Below are positions 13,757-29,400 of a DNA stretch of 64,000 nt, piece by piece (within the stretch, counting starts at the first letter, position 1; each line of letters opens with the position of its first letter). Under the pieces are notes generated by a model that did not search any database, was not told the origin of the DNA, and was given only the letters and a program-made list of their open reading frames with translations. This DNA is from Nymphaea colorata (lineage: Eukaryota), in contig NC_045138.2 of the NCBI RefSeq assembly GCF_008831285.2, forward strand, positions 4,402,001 through 4,466,000. Direction: 5' to 3'. The position numbers and the translations under genes were made by a program.

Positions 13757-15332
13757 GAATGATAGTTTTTCCAGTATCTCCAAAGTCTCTTTTTACTCAT
13801 GAAACCCAAGAGATTACCTTAGACTTTCTACTTGTAAGATCTATAAATTTAGTTAAATTTTCACAAATCGACTCTAAAAAAATGTAGAATTTCTACAAGT
13901 TTTTGCATGATTTTCCTTCTACAAAGTGAACAGCTTGATGAGCTGTTTGATTACCTCTTATTTTACTCCGATCTAACATATTCAGGATCTCAAATTCATT
14001 AACTCTCTTCTTACTCAAGTGAGAATCTTAAATCCGAGCTCAGATTCTAGTGTGCATCTTTGGATATGTTTAGATCCATGATCTTAAGGTCAAAGATACT
14101 CGCACAAACGGAGTCTTACATGAACTATGCATTTGGTGGTACTCTACAAATCCTTTTTCACTTTTTCAAAGCTAATTCAAATATTTTAAGGATTTTCCAT
14201 AACAAGCCTCCACGAGTTGTTTTGAGTCTTTTTACATTTTCCAGTTAGGAAATTATTTTTTGTTATTGTTGCATATTGTATTAAAGATTTAATTTGTTTT
14301 GTCAATTACGGTTTTTCTTTGTCATTCTTTTGAGTTAGTTATTTTTTAAGATTATATTTTATGGTATCTTGTATTTAAATAGTTTTTAACTAGTATATAT
14401 TTGTCTATATTAGGGGCTTTATCATAAATTAAGTTAATTTTTTCGTATCCCTCCGTTCTCTTCCCCTCATTAATTTTTTCTTTCTCTTCCCTTCTTTTTC
14501 CTTCCTTCCCTTTCATTAAAATCCTATCCTTTCCATTGATTCAAACATTTTGGCCAATTAGAAGACGTGGTAATGATCCGACCACGAAATATACTTGGAA
14601 TTACAAGATGCAGCTAATTTCGATCACAGAAATCTGTTTCGTTCAATTGGTGAAAGTTTTAGATGGCCCTCTGGTTTGTCATGGTAATTGCAAAACAAAG
14701 GCTGTAAAATGATCTGTATCACCTTACAAACGTCTGATTCTTTTGAGCTTTCTCCTACTTTCACTTAAGTGTCTCAAAATAGATAGATAGAGATACAGAA
14801 TTCAATATTTTTAGCTCTTTGACACAGATCTGAAGTAATGATAAGACTGCTGTGTTGAGCAGATCTGCAAAGAGAGGTAATTGGGTGTTCTGCACTGCTT
14901 AGAACAAGGCACAGTAAAAATGCAGTGGCCAAGTTAGCAAGTTTAGCATGGTTTTCATAATTAAGAAAGAAATATTTATATGCATTAGTCGTTGAGCTTA
15001 ATTTAGCTAAATTGAACTCAAGATAATGGCCAATTCTAAAGTTGAGCTTTCTTTTGCAGTTTCAGGACCTGCATCAGGAAAACCGAAGATGTGAAGCCCT
15101 TTTTCTAGTTTTAGGTACATAATGTTGGTCCTTGATGAATGATCAAAGTCTCGCTCTATAAAATAATTTCTTGTCCCTGCCTCCAATCGATGACTTACTA
15201 CCGAAGGAAGGAATTTTTATCACTCCAACTGTGCCTATAAAGCGAAAGAAGCAAGCTCAGTCAGTTGCCACTCTCCTCTTTCACTCTGCACACATCTTAG
15301 ATTTCTGTCACACCAGGCAGTACCACATTACC

Positions 15333-15524
15333 ATGGACAGATTTCAGAACGTAAACAGAGGTTTAGAAGTTCCCCTCCAGTCCTTTCCACCAAAGAGGGG
15401 AAAAGTGAAGGCAAACATTTGGAAGAAGCTCAAGGCAGCAGTTTCCTGCAAGAAGGTTCATGACTCCATGGCTGCTGCAAAGTATTCTGGGCTGCCATCG
15501 TCATCTTTGAAGGGTAAAAGTTGA
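15333..15524 (+). CDS. Small basic uncharacterised plant protein (63 aa) with PPKRG.VK..I motif
   Basis: ORF MDRFQNVNRGLEVPLQSFPPKRGKVKANIWKKLKAAVSCKK... with ccATGG start context and TATAAA at 15236-15241. The motif resembles a widespread family of small plant proteins (LPP[KR]RG[QK][IV]K.[KQ]I), recalled rather than searched. Confidence 0.6.
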   Translation: MDRFQNVNRGLEVPLQSFPPKRGKVKANIWKKLKAAVSCKKVHDSMAAAKYSGLPSSSLKGKS

Positions 15525-16720
15525 CAGAGAAAAACTCTCAAATACTATATTCTTTATTTTTTCATTTGAATGCATGTCCATATGGAATTTTAGTGAAAAT
15601 TTGGTGATAAACCAACAAGAATTATGTAGCGCATGCTTTTGTACTGTGCTTTATACTGTGGATTCTTGTAGAAAGGCTATGACTCCGTTCAAGTCTCAGG
15701 GGATCATTGTATACAGTTTTATAGCTTAAGCATAAAATTGGGAAACTGGTCGAATGAACTTTCTTTAAACGAACTGTCATGGCAAGCTTTGACAGATCAA
15801 CAGGCTTCTCCGTATCTCATTTATCATCTTCCATTTGAAAGTGACAAGATTTCCTGAGAACAGAGAACAGGGACAAAATGTTGCAAGAATTTCCTCTGTT
15901 TCCATCTTTTGTGGAAGAAAACCTATGAAAAAAATTTCATGGCTTAGAAGGTTGACCATTGGGGTAAAAGCCCAACCGCCCCGTGTAGCTATTGGAGATC
16001 TAAGTCATAAACATCAACAAACAGCAAATCAATGGTTTTGAACTTGTGATGATTCACCAACTTGGTTACCTAATGGTTAAGGACGGATTTTCCTTCCTCT
16101 GCAGAAAGACAACAAAAGGGATTCTCACAGAAGCAGATCAAGATGATTTGCATGTTTTCCGCGTTAATTTAATCGAATCAATCGATGATGAAAGTCCTGA
16201 ATGTAGTTTGATGCACAGCTGATAATGGAAAAACTTAGACTGTTATTGAGCAGATTGCGGAAAATTTTAGAGTCAGAACATCCTTGCAAGTAAACATGAC
16301 AAGCTGACTCTGAGAATGAACTTTAAGTATTTGCAGATGCCATCTCTTCTCATTCTCAAACAAAATCTAGCCATAGATTTTAAAAATTCTCTTTGTCTCT
16401 CTTTCCGAAATGAGGACTTAGTATGTTTATCAACGATTTCTTGAATAATGGAAAAAACAGATGTGTGCCCTGCGGTGATGAAACAGTCCAGGATTTGATG
16501 ATTCAAACTAAAGGTGGTCTTTGTAAGCTGGCTGGGTCTAATTTGGAGGCGGGCTGTTAATTATGTGGTTGACAGTGACTCCCTGCTTTTCAGTATCTTT
16601 GGTTATAACTTATCGTCTTCTCACGTGTATGACATAATAAGCTGATCCCCAACAACGATGGATAGAACTGTCACTGCAGAAACCACTGTAGGTTCCCATG
16701 AAAGCTTTAGATGCAAGTGG

Positions 16721-16757
<37 letters not shown>

Positions 16758-16758
16758 A

Positions 16759-16871
<113 letters not shown>

Positions 16872-18752
16872 TATAACTCCAAAGCTGGTAAGTTTTAGTC
16901 CTACCGTTAATTTTCTAAGAGTCATTCCCTGCCAATTAGAATATGGGCCACCTAGCTAGAGGGTTGGAATAGTCAAGTGTTCAAGTAGTTGAAAGCAGTG
17001 TTGTCAAAGTCCGCCTGAATAAGTCGGGTTGGTGGCGAATCGATTCAATTCACAGGCTGATCTGAAGTTGCCTCACGTGATACACTATTCATTTTGAAAT
17101 ATTTCATGTTTTTTAATTTTTTTTTGTTGATCTTTTCATTTTTTTTAATAATATACTTGGCAATTCTTAGCCGTTCAGCTAAATCACAACTTTTACTATT
17201 CGTCTTTTACTATTTGGAAAATATTTTAAAACTTTTTGTTTAAAAAATTATTTTGCCAACATTTTTCCTTCATTTGTTTGAATAGATAATATATTTGGTA
17301 ATTCATAGCCGCCTCGGTTGCAAAATGGTCAACAGTCCACCATCCAGTCTGTCTCCACTCTGTTGGCATAATCTCATAAGAATCTGATTCACCATAGAAT
17401 TTCTATATTTCCAACCAAGCTAGAATGCCTATATTTACTTTCGGATAAAAATGATTGTAATAACGTTCAAGGCGCTAAGAGCCGAATGTCAACGATGCCA
17501 AGGTGAATATTTGCGCCCTGAATTTTACCATTATTTTGTAAATATGACATTCCCAATAGTGTAATTAATTTTCTATTTCTATTTTTTTTATCATAAACAT
17601 GATAAAAACACAAGTCTTTCAAATCTTCAATGATGTAAACTGTACTGTTCTCTGACCACGGGCAATCAATGGCGTGTTCTTGAATGGTGACCAGCTTATA
17701 GGAAAACGTAAATTTTTTCTTTCATATGTAAACATGTCGAATAAGTTTGAAAATTTTCGAAAAAACGTGTTCAAAAGTTAGGTTGGAACGAACGTAAACT
17801 TTGGAATTGCCTAACTTATGGGCGAACAATATATGAAACAAATTCAAACATAAATGTGTTGTTAGTATAGCACCAAAAGTTGGGTACGCTTTTGTAAGAT
17901 TTTACAGAAAAGCTTCTCCGAGAAGCAACGAAAAGGAGCAATGAATGAAACATTTTAAAAAAATGAACAGGACCACAAGCCTATCTAAAAGCCCTACGGG
18001 ATAATGCGCATGCTTTGAACTCATTTTAACTCTTTATGTTGGGAGTCCAAGTTTCGTATTAATTATTTTATATAGTCTCTTTCTGGTTTGTGATTTGAGA
18101 ATCTTGTCAATTTTAAATTTCTAATGTACTGGATCGACATTCCAATCCTGCCTGTAATGCATTTTTGCTGTCCCAGATCCAATACATTTGCAACCCATTC
18201 TCTATCCCCCGCTCCCTCTCTCTCTCAAGATCGGACGAACATCAGTTATCTGGATTTGTAGCAAGAGCAGGAATGCAAAACTTGTGCTTAGTATGATCCA
18301 TTATTACAAGGCTTTTCAATCAGCCTATGTTCATCTTTTTTCTCGGTTACACCATTAGCAGCATTTGCTTCTCCATTTCTGACCAGCTTGCATGTCAAAG
18401 AGGCTTGCTTCACGAAGCAAATGATAAAATAAAGGATCAAAACAGGAACCTGCTTCCTTCATAACTCCAGCTGATCCCTTTAGCAGGTGAGCTTGCCCAC
18501 CCCAGAAACTAGCTTGAGTTTAGCAGCCAGGGATGTCAACTCTGTGCCTATCTCAGAAAGAGGGACCAGTGCTTATCAACAAACACCCATTTACGCCACA
18601 GCCTGGCTCCCTGATGTAAACAGCAAAGGCATCAACATGAGATCGACACTACAGTTCCAAGTAATGGTTCCACTTTGACAGCATGAAAGGAAGTATTTGC
18701 ACGAACCTCCTTGGCAGAAAAGTTCCATAAGCAAGCAGAAAAGATTACCATC

Positions 18753-20398
18753 TCAAAGCTTCCACCTATGTAATTGCAATTCAGCCTCTGCCAAGTCCTT
18801 CTGGGCTTTCTTCCTCCGATAAAATATAGGACAATCACGACTGTGAAAAAGAGATGCCATAATTAGCAATATGATCATGTTCAGACTTTAGACATACATG
18901 AGAAAATGATGCAGACCTTGTACAAAGAACATCTTGGTGTAGAGATCCTTGGCATCTTTGACACTCTGTCCATAGTCTACCAAACTGCACCTCCAACTCT
19001 CTCACTGCAAAGCAAGCCAAATATAAAAGTAAACAAAAGCTGGAGGTGAGCACAAGTCATAGATCTCTTGCAGTAGGTACCATTCGAAACTGTTTTACTG
19101 TACAGCTCAACTTCTCTTCCCTTGCAGTGTTTGCAAAGTGTTTGCTCTGCATTACTGCCAATATAGAAAAGAGAACAGGCTCATCAGCTGCATATCAACA
19201 CCGCATGAAAGGTTGCTATTCAATAGAGTCAACAGAAAACGATACTACAAAGGCATATCATGAAGACATAATGTCTAAGAAAAAAATTTCCTATAACACT
19301 TAAAAAAATTAGTTCGATTCAGCCAAAATGCACCAAAGGTATGTGAAAAAATTGCATTCTTGCAACTTCATATGAACATGAGAAACCATGTAATCTACGT
19401 CACATGGGCACTTCAGTAAGGTCCCCATACCCGTGTCGCCATAACAACATAGCAAAGTTGCAAACAGGGTCTTTGGACACAGGTGAGTAATTTTTGGATA
19501 GAAACCGATCCAAATTACTTACTTTAACTAGATTTAGCTTGTTTCTAACTCAGTTTTCATTCTGTCTTTGTGAGCTTTGGTCATTAGCATGTAGTGTTCG
19601 TATTTATATTATTTGTACGCTTAACTGTTGTTTTAATTTTGTAGTTTTTTGAGGAATTATATATATATATATGAGGAGATGAAATCCTCCAGCCATCCAG
19701 ATCTTCATCCAATCATGTCCCTCGATGCAATGCATCGGGTGGATGTGATTAAACACACAGCTTGATGCAGTGCATCAGGCAGTATGCTGTTAGAGGCTGG
19801 AGGATTTCTCCGTCCAAACCTAGACAAACAAATCTAAGAACCCTATATATATACACACACACATACCCACATCTTCTAAAGTTACCATGCCCAGACCCAC
19901 ATCTCCGTACGAGTACCCAAACCCCAACCATATAACTTAGCATGTAATGCATAACCAACAAAGTTACAGACCAATCAACTCGAAATGCATGTGGTTTGAC
20001 CTACAAGAACATAGAAGAAATTTCATAGCAGGCAAGCAGCTCAAACATCATCATCTCATTATAAGTACCAGTCAGTTGTACATCACCACTAAGCAGAATT
20101 TCAGAGTCTGGTGCTTCATTTCAGGGGAAATTAAAGTGTGCAACATCAAAAATTTATTTGCACTGCAACAAAAAACCAGTCAGCTACCTGATTGGAGTCT
20201 TGCAGCCAATACAGCTAAGTTGCTTCTTTGCAAATTTCATTATACCACTATTTGAAGGAGTTGAGATGGAAATAGCTCTTGTGTGACTGCCATGAAGAAG
20301 CTCCTCTTCTGCATTCTTCAAAATTGGCTCGAATATTCTCAAGAGAGGCTGCAAGACAAGAATAAAAGGTGCGTGAACTTTTGAGAACAGAGCATGCG

Positions 20399-20436
<38 letters not shown>

Positions 20437-23400
20437 ACCTTACTAATTTGATTCTCAAGATAGTATTGATGATCTATAGGAATATTATTCTCCAACACAA
20501 ATATAGGATCCTCAGATTTTTCATAGGCCTGTTTAGCACCAGAGCAGTGTTCCCAAATGAATCAGATCTTTCACATCTATCAGATAGTTCTCAAGTCCAT
20601 CAGACAAAATCTACCTTAGCACCTTTAGCAGCTTTAATAATTACATAAGGAACCCGATCACCAACATTTGGTGCAGTTGCAGCATCTCTCTATCATCAGA
20701 ACCAAAGTGTCAGATGCAACTAATCATGTCCCCAAAGCACAAAAACAACCAGCAAGATTGAACACCTTACCATGGAACCACTATGAAACAAATTGAAAAG
20801 TACAGACTATTTACAATCAAATCCCAAGGCTACAATATCAAAGAGATCACTTTTAGATTAGGGTACTCTATCACAACCAATAACTGAATAAAGTAGCTCA
20901 GCCTATGGTAATAAGGCAAGCCATAAGGCAGTTGCATAAACAACACAAAGTAACTGCTAGCTTGAAAATTTAAAGTACCAGAAGGACACAGACAGTATAA
21001 CCCCATGCTGCACGCAAGAAAAAAAGAGGGAGAAAGAGAGTCCATGCGGATTTGGTCAATGGATGCAACAACAATTTCCTTAGCCATTAGGTTTATCAAA
21101 TCCCTGTCTAGATCCATGAAGGTGTTTGCAATTTATTTAGCTCCAAAAAAGATGTATCTCAACTTTTACCCATGCGCTTTTGCCCTTTAACCATTATGGT
21201 TTAGGGTTTAGAGCAATTAAAAATAATAAACATAAATTTCCAGAAAGTGGATTTTTGTTCTGGAAAACTCCTAATTTAATTTGTAAAAGCAAGAAAACGC
21301 CCATGATCAAACCATCAATATTTGAACCAAGTCCATCGAGGTTTCCAGAGTTACTATCAGTGTCCTACACCTGTAGAACACTAAAAGTTAACATAAGTAT
21401 TTGCCAAAGAAACTTAAAGATGTTCAATATATTCCGCCCTTAATTTCACTCAAGTAACAAATTTCTCCGGAGATCTTGTTAACTCATCAGAAGAAATTGT
21501 TAGGCATGATCCACAAGATTTCAGACTTTCAGTTTATGCATGAACCAGATAACCATCTTCAGCACGTCATGCCAAAAAATTATTGTACAAATGGCATGGC
21601 CTTGCACTGTGCTAATAAAAAGGAGAAAAAACTACAGCAAAAAGGCTTTGTTCTGAGACTTTGAGACCTATTAGGAAGTTGACAGAATAAGGAAACAGAT
21701 TATTTCACATGAACAAGAAAACCAAAAGATTAAACTAATAACCATAGAATCACCTAAGCCCCATCCTCATCACTAGCACCCCTTGCATTTATTAAAGCCT
21801 CTTGTTGTTTAACAAAAAACCATAAAGTTACTAAAATTGTGTGCTGAACTAGATTTAATTTGAAAAGACAAAATTTAAGGAGATTGAAAGAAGAAGATGC
21901 CATCAGTAGTTTCAACCAAAATTGAGAACATAACTTTTGGTAATTTACCTTGCGCATGCGTTCAGCAAGTTCAACATGTGCAGCTTTCACCGCATAGTCA
22001 TCTCCAGTTTTTGTCAAGCCCTATTAGCCATCATATTTAACCTTAAAAACTATTAAATCATCCAGACCAAAAATTCCACACAAGAGTTTATTGTGACAGC
22101 AAATAAAGCATATGATACTGGTTGGCAGTTATTAGTAGCCACCAGCCACACTGGTAATGCAGAATTAGCTGTGTCTCAAATTGCCCAGTCTAACAACTGC
22201 AGAGGAGAGGATCTCTGAAGTAGCTCACTAAACCAGAGACACTAGCTCCCGTGCCCATATACCTCATAGTGAGACATAGATTTTAGACGCCAGTTAAACT
22301 AAGAAAAAGCACTAACCTTTGTTATCACCAAAAGAGACAAATCCATGCGGTTCAATAGAAGATCAGCAATTGTGTTTTTAACGTACTTAACAGCAGCTGG
22401 AATGTCCCGTTCAATCAGTATTTTATGAAGGCATTCATTCACCAGATTCTTTACCAGAAGACAGTTGTCCCTTCTAACTGTTTCAATGCCTGCTCCATGC
22501 AACTTGGCAAAATTAAGATGGAAAATAGAGGAAAATATTAAGTCTAAAATATCCAGATCAAACCCACCCTTTGTGTCCATCTTATCATATTTTTCTGGTT
22601 TTGTCCACAGAAGTCCTGCATACCTCTTCTTACTGATAAGAAGATATGGATAATACACTTTCTCAAACTCCAGCTTGATGGGCTAATAGTCAACGCAAAC
22701 ACAAAAATGCCATCCATCAAATTTCTATACTGAGATTGTAATATAAACTTCGTATAAGTAATTGACAATATAGTAGAGATGAAGATGATCATTGTGCTTA
22801 TCTAGACCAAGATCCACTTTAAAATAGCTACCTAGTCTCACTTTACACAATTTTATGCTCTTCAGAACACAACAGTTAATTCATCATCAAGGAGTTGTCT
22901 ATTTATATATATAATTTTCACTGAATTTGCAAAGGGATGCCAGTCAAAGTTTTATCCAGCTTTTTTCTATGAAGTAGATATTTTCCATGCTGGGCACCAA
23001 GTTAATCATGGAAAAAAAGGGATGTTCAACACAGATAAAGTTATGAAGAAATATTTGGGATCCACTCTTTCTGAAACGATTAACATTGAAAGCTAAAAGA
23101 TGCACAAAATTTTTAGACAAAGGTTTTCCTCCTTGAAGAGATAATCAATTTTTCAACAAAATCAGCCCTTCAGGAAAAAGTATTCCCAGGCCAAAATGTA
23201 GCTATGTTCAAGTTATGTGAAAACAAAAAGGAAACACGACTATCATGTACTTTTTGGCAATAGAAAGTAGCATTTCTCCTACAGTACCTACAAAGTTAAA
23301 AACTGAACCAAGCTGCTGATTAAGCTACCAAGTTTAGCATTAAAGGCATCCAATTTCTTAGTTTTTAGTTGGTTATTACTTTACAAAAAAAGAAAATAAC

Positions 23401-26400
23401 AGTAGTTTCAAAATAACCACATACAGAGGGTTATCCACAATTGATAGAGGAAGTGGAAAAAACAACACATTTGGGCATTCAGGGTAGTTTTCTTCTGAGT
23501 AATTATGAACCCTATAGACCATATCTGTAGGTGGTCAAAGACTCTAAAACAACTCCCTGGGATATCTTGCATTTGGGAACAGGGGGAAAATGAACCTAGT
23601 GATACTTTTGTTTTTCACCTCCACCAATAGAAATAGGAAGCTAATGCCATGCATACCTTCGTGAATGTGCCGCTGATATACTCAGCTGCCTCTCTACCTA
23701 ATTGCATTGCAGCATCTACAGTTGGTACTCCAAACTGTACCATGACTGAATCAGTGTCTCCATATACAACCTGACATTAAAGGGTTTGTTCTCAAAAAGC
23801 TTCAGATATTGACATGTACATCTGTCTCCAAAAAGAGTTTAACATTTTAGCCAGCATATGTAGCAATCAAGAAAAGAGGAAGAAAAGGTACCTCAGCATT
23901 ATGCTCATAGCCACCTTTAGTAGTAAATCGTGCCTCAACTAGCTTCTTGGTTTCCTCTATCATCTGACGACCTGTGTGATGTTCAGAATACTATTCAGTA
24001 AGGTTAATGAGTTATATTAATGAATGCTTTTCACGTCCATTTAATTACAGAAAATAGACAAATCTTGCACATTCACAAGTAGGACATAGACAGTATGAAA
24101 TTGATCTCTCATATTACCATAGCTGGTCACACTAGAAGATATTTCTAGACAAGGCAGCTGCCCAACAGTAGCTCCAGTAAATCCATAGACAGAGTTTGCA
24201 CTGACCTGGAATTTCCGGTTCCATGGTGTCAAACAATATGAAGCATTACAAGATCATCAAGACCCTTCTAAAAATTATCTTGCACTATATGCATTTAAAA
24301 TTTTAGAAAATGAACGAATTTGAAAAAAGGAAATTTCCAAGCAATACCTTTAAAGCCAGCTGGCGACCATCCAAAACAGCCCTCTCAAATGGATCTTTGG
24401 CTTCCTGAAACATAGTGTAAGATACTGTAAGGGACAAAGAACTAGATTGCCTTGTGAAATTCATTACATAGTACCATATGAACATATGAAAGAAAGACAG
24501 CAGGCAACATCTACTGTGTTTTTTTATTTCATATTCACATGATCTAGTATTTCTAGAGATGTCAACTATCAGACAGCAGGCAACATTTACTGTGTTTTTT
24601 TTATTTCATATTCACATGATCTAGTATTTCTAGAGATGTCAACTATCAAACCAAATATTTCTTTTACTTTGTGTGTTAACAAGATATCTGCAGCCAACTT
24701 TGTGGTTTTCTAAATATTTCACTTTGAATGGGGAAACAGCTCCCATGGTTGAGACTTGAGAGCATATACGAAAACAGCAGCTGCTTTCAGCAAGTAAATG
24801 TCCTTATCGTCTCCTACCTCTTTAAATATTTTTTTTATTTTTGCGACTTATTCCACCAAATTTTGCAAAGAAACATAAAAATAGCTAGTTATGCGCTATA
24901 TTTGAGGCCATAAATCCCATGGAATTGATTTATCCAGTCATCAGCACACACAATAACAAATACTGCAGGATAAACCAGCTGAAATTATGTGAGCTGCTGA
25001 ACGTTGTCATCTTCTAACTCACAAACATGAAAATCAGGAAAAAAATCACCTTCAAATCTGCCTTAGCTCTTTTACGAGCAGCTAATAGCTCTTCAAGAAT
25101 CTCTGGAAGTATTCCCTGGAAAAGAAAATGGTGTAGAATTTAATGTGATCAATGACCATAGCCATCTAAAATAGAAGAGGGGAAACTTCATTGGTATATG
25201 AGGCATTGATTCATATGCATGCACAGTTAAAAGAAAACAAAATTTATTGACTTCAAGTTGCAAACCTTCTGCAAATTTGACTTCACAAAGGTTTCACCAG
25301 ATGGTGTTCTGTTAATACATTCAGGTGGCAGGTTTAACTTGCGAACATCCTCAGGCAAAACCTGCATATACTTGAAAATCACTCGATATAGTAATGAAGG
25401 AATGGCAGAAACATGAACTAAGAGAAACAGAAGCTTTACCAGCGTGCAGTAGCATAAATTATATGCCATCATAATAGATGGATACAGTGAAGCAAAGTCC
25501 AGAGTAGCAATTGGATTTTCATAGAATCCTGATTTGGCTTCTAAAACCTGCACAATATCTACATGAGGTTAACAGAAGATATTAGACAAAAACAGATCCC
25601 TTTAAAAATTTCATATATGGACTTAACATGCTGAAGAAAATATTCAAAGAAGCATAGCTACATAGTGCGACCCATATATATGGACCTCGTAGATGTCATG
25701 CTATCAGAACTAAGTGACTCTTTTGGGTGATTTGGTTGTGCCTTTGTGCACACTTTGCTTTTGTGATCTCTGAGAGATATCTTATGAGTTAATCAACTTT
25801 TCTTGTACTTGGTTCTTGCCAAAATGAAAGCACTTCTAGAAAATCCTTTATTCACATAATCATAGTTTTTACTAAGCATATGCACTAACCATAGCCTGAA
25901 TACCATTCAACAAATGATTCAAGCTTTCAGCCGCAGCCATACTTTAAAAAAAAACATAAGATTTCAAACAGATAATAGAGGATAATTCAAAACTTTAAGC
26001 AGCAAAATCTTACAGTTGCGCCTTCATAAGTGTCCTGCCCAGATCCTTGGCCCTTGGCATTGGGAATAACGAGGTTCTTTTGCTTTGATTTCCTCAAAAG
26101 CTGAGAAAGAACCTGGTTTGCAGTTTATACAGCATTAAAAAAAACCAGACGCAAAACATCTGCTTAATATATTCATAAAATTGCCAAAAGTATGTTAATT
26201 GTTAACCTTTATGCTCTGCCCTCTGGAAAGCAGAAAGGAGATTGGCACCCCAGTAACTCGAGCCATCTCTACATAATTATATATATACATCAGCTTGTCC
26301 AAGAGACGCTGTGGAAGATAAGCATCCTGCAAGCAAAAGAGTTTCTTTAGTTTCACACAAAACCATAAGCATAAGCCATATAGTAATATATACTTGCTAA

Positions 26401-29400
26401 TAAAATTACTCCATTTAAGCTGGTTAAGAGGACAAGTATGATATAGCTTGTGGCCAAGTCAAAATAATTTCTTCAAGGCTCTTGCAAATGAGTATTCAGA
26501 TACTTGTTTGCACAAATATTTGTTCATACAAGTCCAACTATACGTATACAAGCCCAGCATTTCTTTTTAGATTTGTAGACAACCTCAAACAAGACATTTT
26601 TCTTCCAAAAGAATCCTTTTTCAAGTCTAAGTGAACAGCTGATCAAAAATGGAAAATAAGAAAAACATACATGTGGCATCAAAAAACCCAAAATAACTCA
26701 TGCTTTGTGCTTATACATGTACACACCTACGCTCCCTCTTTAGGTCCAGAAGTAACTTTAAGCTAGAGGTATCTCACTCTAGAAGCTTAATTTGCAAGCC
26801 CGTGTGAACACTTTCATATCTATCAAAACAAAAACAAGCTCCAATTATTGCTTTATACATGAACGTGATGTAGGTAATCTCCATGTTTATGTGCATGGAC
26901 GGACACCAATTAGGTTACTTTTAAGAGATGTGTGCATGCCACATAAGCATGACCAAGCTGGATGTGCTTGTGCTGATGCATAGTACCATAGTCACACAAA
27001 AACGCGTTACTTAAAAAAAACGTGAAAAAAAAAGTGAAAAATTAATTTGCAGAAAAAAAAGGAAAAATCATGCTTTTAAAAAAAAGAAAAAAAATGAAAA
27101 AGACACAAAAAATGCATTTTTTTCAGTGTATTTTTTGATGCGTACATTTTTTTGGGGTTCAGTGACATAACTTCTAATATTTGGAAATCATAATGCCTTT
27201 AAATCTTAGTTGTCAGGCGACGCCTAGGCATGGACTAGTCGTTAGGCCACATCCCACGCCAAAGTCCATCACTTAGGCATGGGGGGTGGGTTTGGCACCT
27301 AGGCTAGACTAGGCAGGCTAGCGCTTAGTCCATTTGGGTGTTTGGGTGACTTTAGCCTCTGATATTTGATTTGTTTTGCTTCCCAATACCTGTTATCCCT
27401 TGAGATTAGCTTAATTTTATTTCAGGGAGTCTGATTGACCCAGTTATTGCAAAAGCTACATTGAAAACAAAGAATTTTTTGCTATACGTATCTCACAGAA
27501 TTACAATTTGCGCAGACATTAAATTGCTTGCAATGTATATCTTTTACTTGAATTGATTGAGTTAGGATTGTAGGTGTGATTTGAGTTCTACTAATGTATG
27601 CAGTATGCACTAGACAGCTTAAGTCAGAGTCGTGTAGGTGTCTTTCACGATCGTCCAAATTTGTTCATATTCAGTTGCCATCTACCATAGGTCCAGTCCA
27701 GAGAGCCAGTGTTGTACGTATCGTACGTATCATACGATGCATGGCCATACCGTACAATATGTACCGTCTCGTTTTAAATTTACGATACAATACACCACCT
27801 ATATTGCAAACAGGTGGTGTATCGTACGTGTATTGCATGTATTGTACGATACAAGGCGATACACCCCGTATCGCACGATACATGTCTATTTTGAAAAATA
27901 TGGTGTTAAACTACCCTTTTTCAGAATAATTTTTTAAACTTGACTCCCTCTTCATTTATGAACATATCTAATAGTTGAAGAAGGGGGAGATTGTGGCAAT
28001 TTTCAAAAGGAATATAACTTGCCTCCCTCTTAGTTCATGTTGTGTTGCTATATGATATTATGACCACTCATTAATGTTTGAGAAGTAACTTCATACCTAA
28101 AATAAGCATGCCATTATGTATAACATGTTTTTTCATTAAAAAAACATATTTTTATTTTTCTTGATTTATCTGATTTTGCTCTATTTTTTCTATTTTTTAA
28201 ATTAAAAAAATAAATTTTGACACTTTACAGTACGGTGTATCTATTGGCCTGACTAATACGGCTTACGATATGTTTTTTACAACATTGTAGAGAGCACAGA
28301 TTTCAAAGTATGTATTATTTTGAATTTTTGATTATTTTCTGTTTCATGTATATTGTTTAGAGCTCAGTTTCAGTTCTACAATAAGAAGTCTATCATCTGG
28401 TTTATTCTTCACTAAACTTTTCCTCTGCTGTTTTACAAGTTGATTTTGACTAATCCTAACTTGCTAACTTAACACATAAAACATAAAGCTAACACTTTAG
28501 AATTAAAAACAACTAAGCAAAATTGCAACAACTTTTGGACACCTTTTTAGGCTAGGTGAGCCTAGCCCCTTTGACAGCTAAGGTTTAAATTAAACAAACG
28601 TTAAAAAAAAAGTCGACTTCATCGATCATACCTGAATTGATTTCTTTGGGGAGGAAGGAGCTGGCGTTCTAGGGTTTTTGGAGAAGACAAGTTATGCCAT
28701 GGGAGTTGGAGAAAACAACTACCACTCATTCAGTCCATTTTGGCAGGCAACAGATTCCATTCTTGATTTTCTTTCTCCGGTCTTACCCAAAGTTTATATC
28801 TCCTCTTAGCAATCTCTCTCTTATTACATGTTCGTGTAGGTTAAAGGACTCCAAATGGACTGCACACATCGTGTTGAAGCATGTCCATTAATTTTTCTGC
28901 ATATTTTGAACTTCACCGTGATTACTAGGTTTGTCACATGGGTGCTGACCATGATGTAAATTTGCTGCTACACCAGAAATCAGGTGCACACTGGGTGCAC
29001 AGTGCTGGTTGATGGTTATTGTGTTGATGTTATATTTATGATTATAATGATATAATATACAAATATGAAAACTCATACATGTATTGACTTATTAGTTTTT
29101 TTATTTATTTTATATTTCCCTAATTTTTAGGATTTTTTAAATTTTTTAAAAATTTACCATACTTTTCCCGTCTTTTCAAGTTCGCCGTATGATACCGAAG
29201 AAAAAACCTTGCCATTTAAAACTCAAAAACATTATTTGTGACTATGATGCATACACATGCATACATGTATATGCATTATAATGGATGTTCATTTATAATG
29301 TATATACAATTATACATGCAAACGTCCACGCACATACAGCATGAGTCCACAAGCAGACATGGTTTTTCATCCTTCATGGATCAAACTTTCGTCCCACTCC

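Noticed and set aside
15171..15332. Longer 117-aa version of the PPKRG ORF
   Set aside because: It starts at TTG upstream of the TATA box. The first ATG is at 15333.
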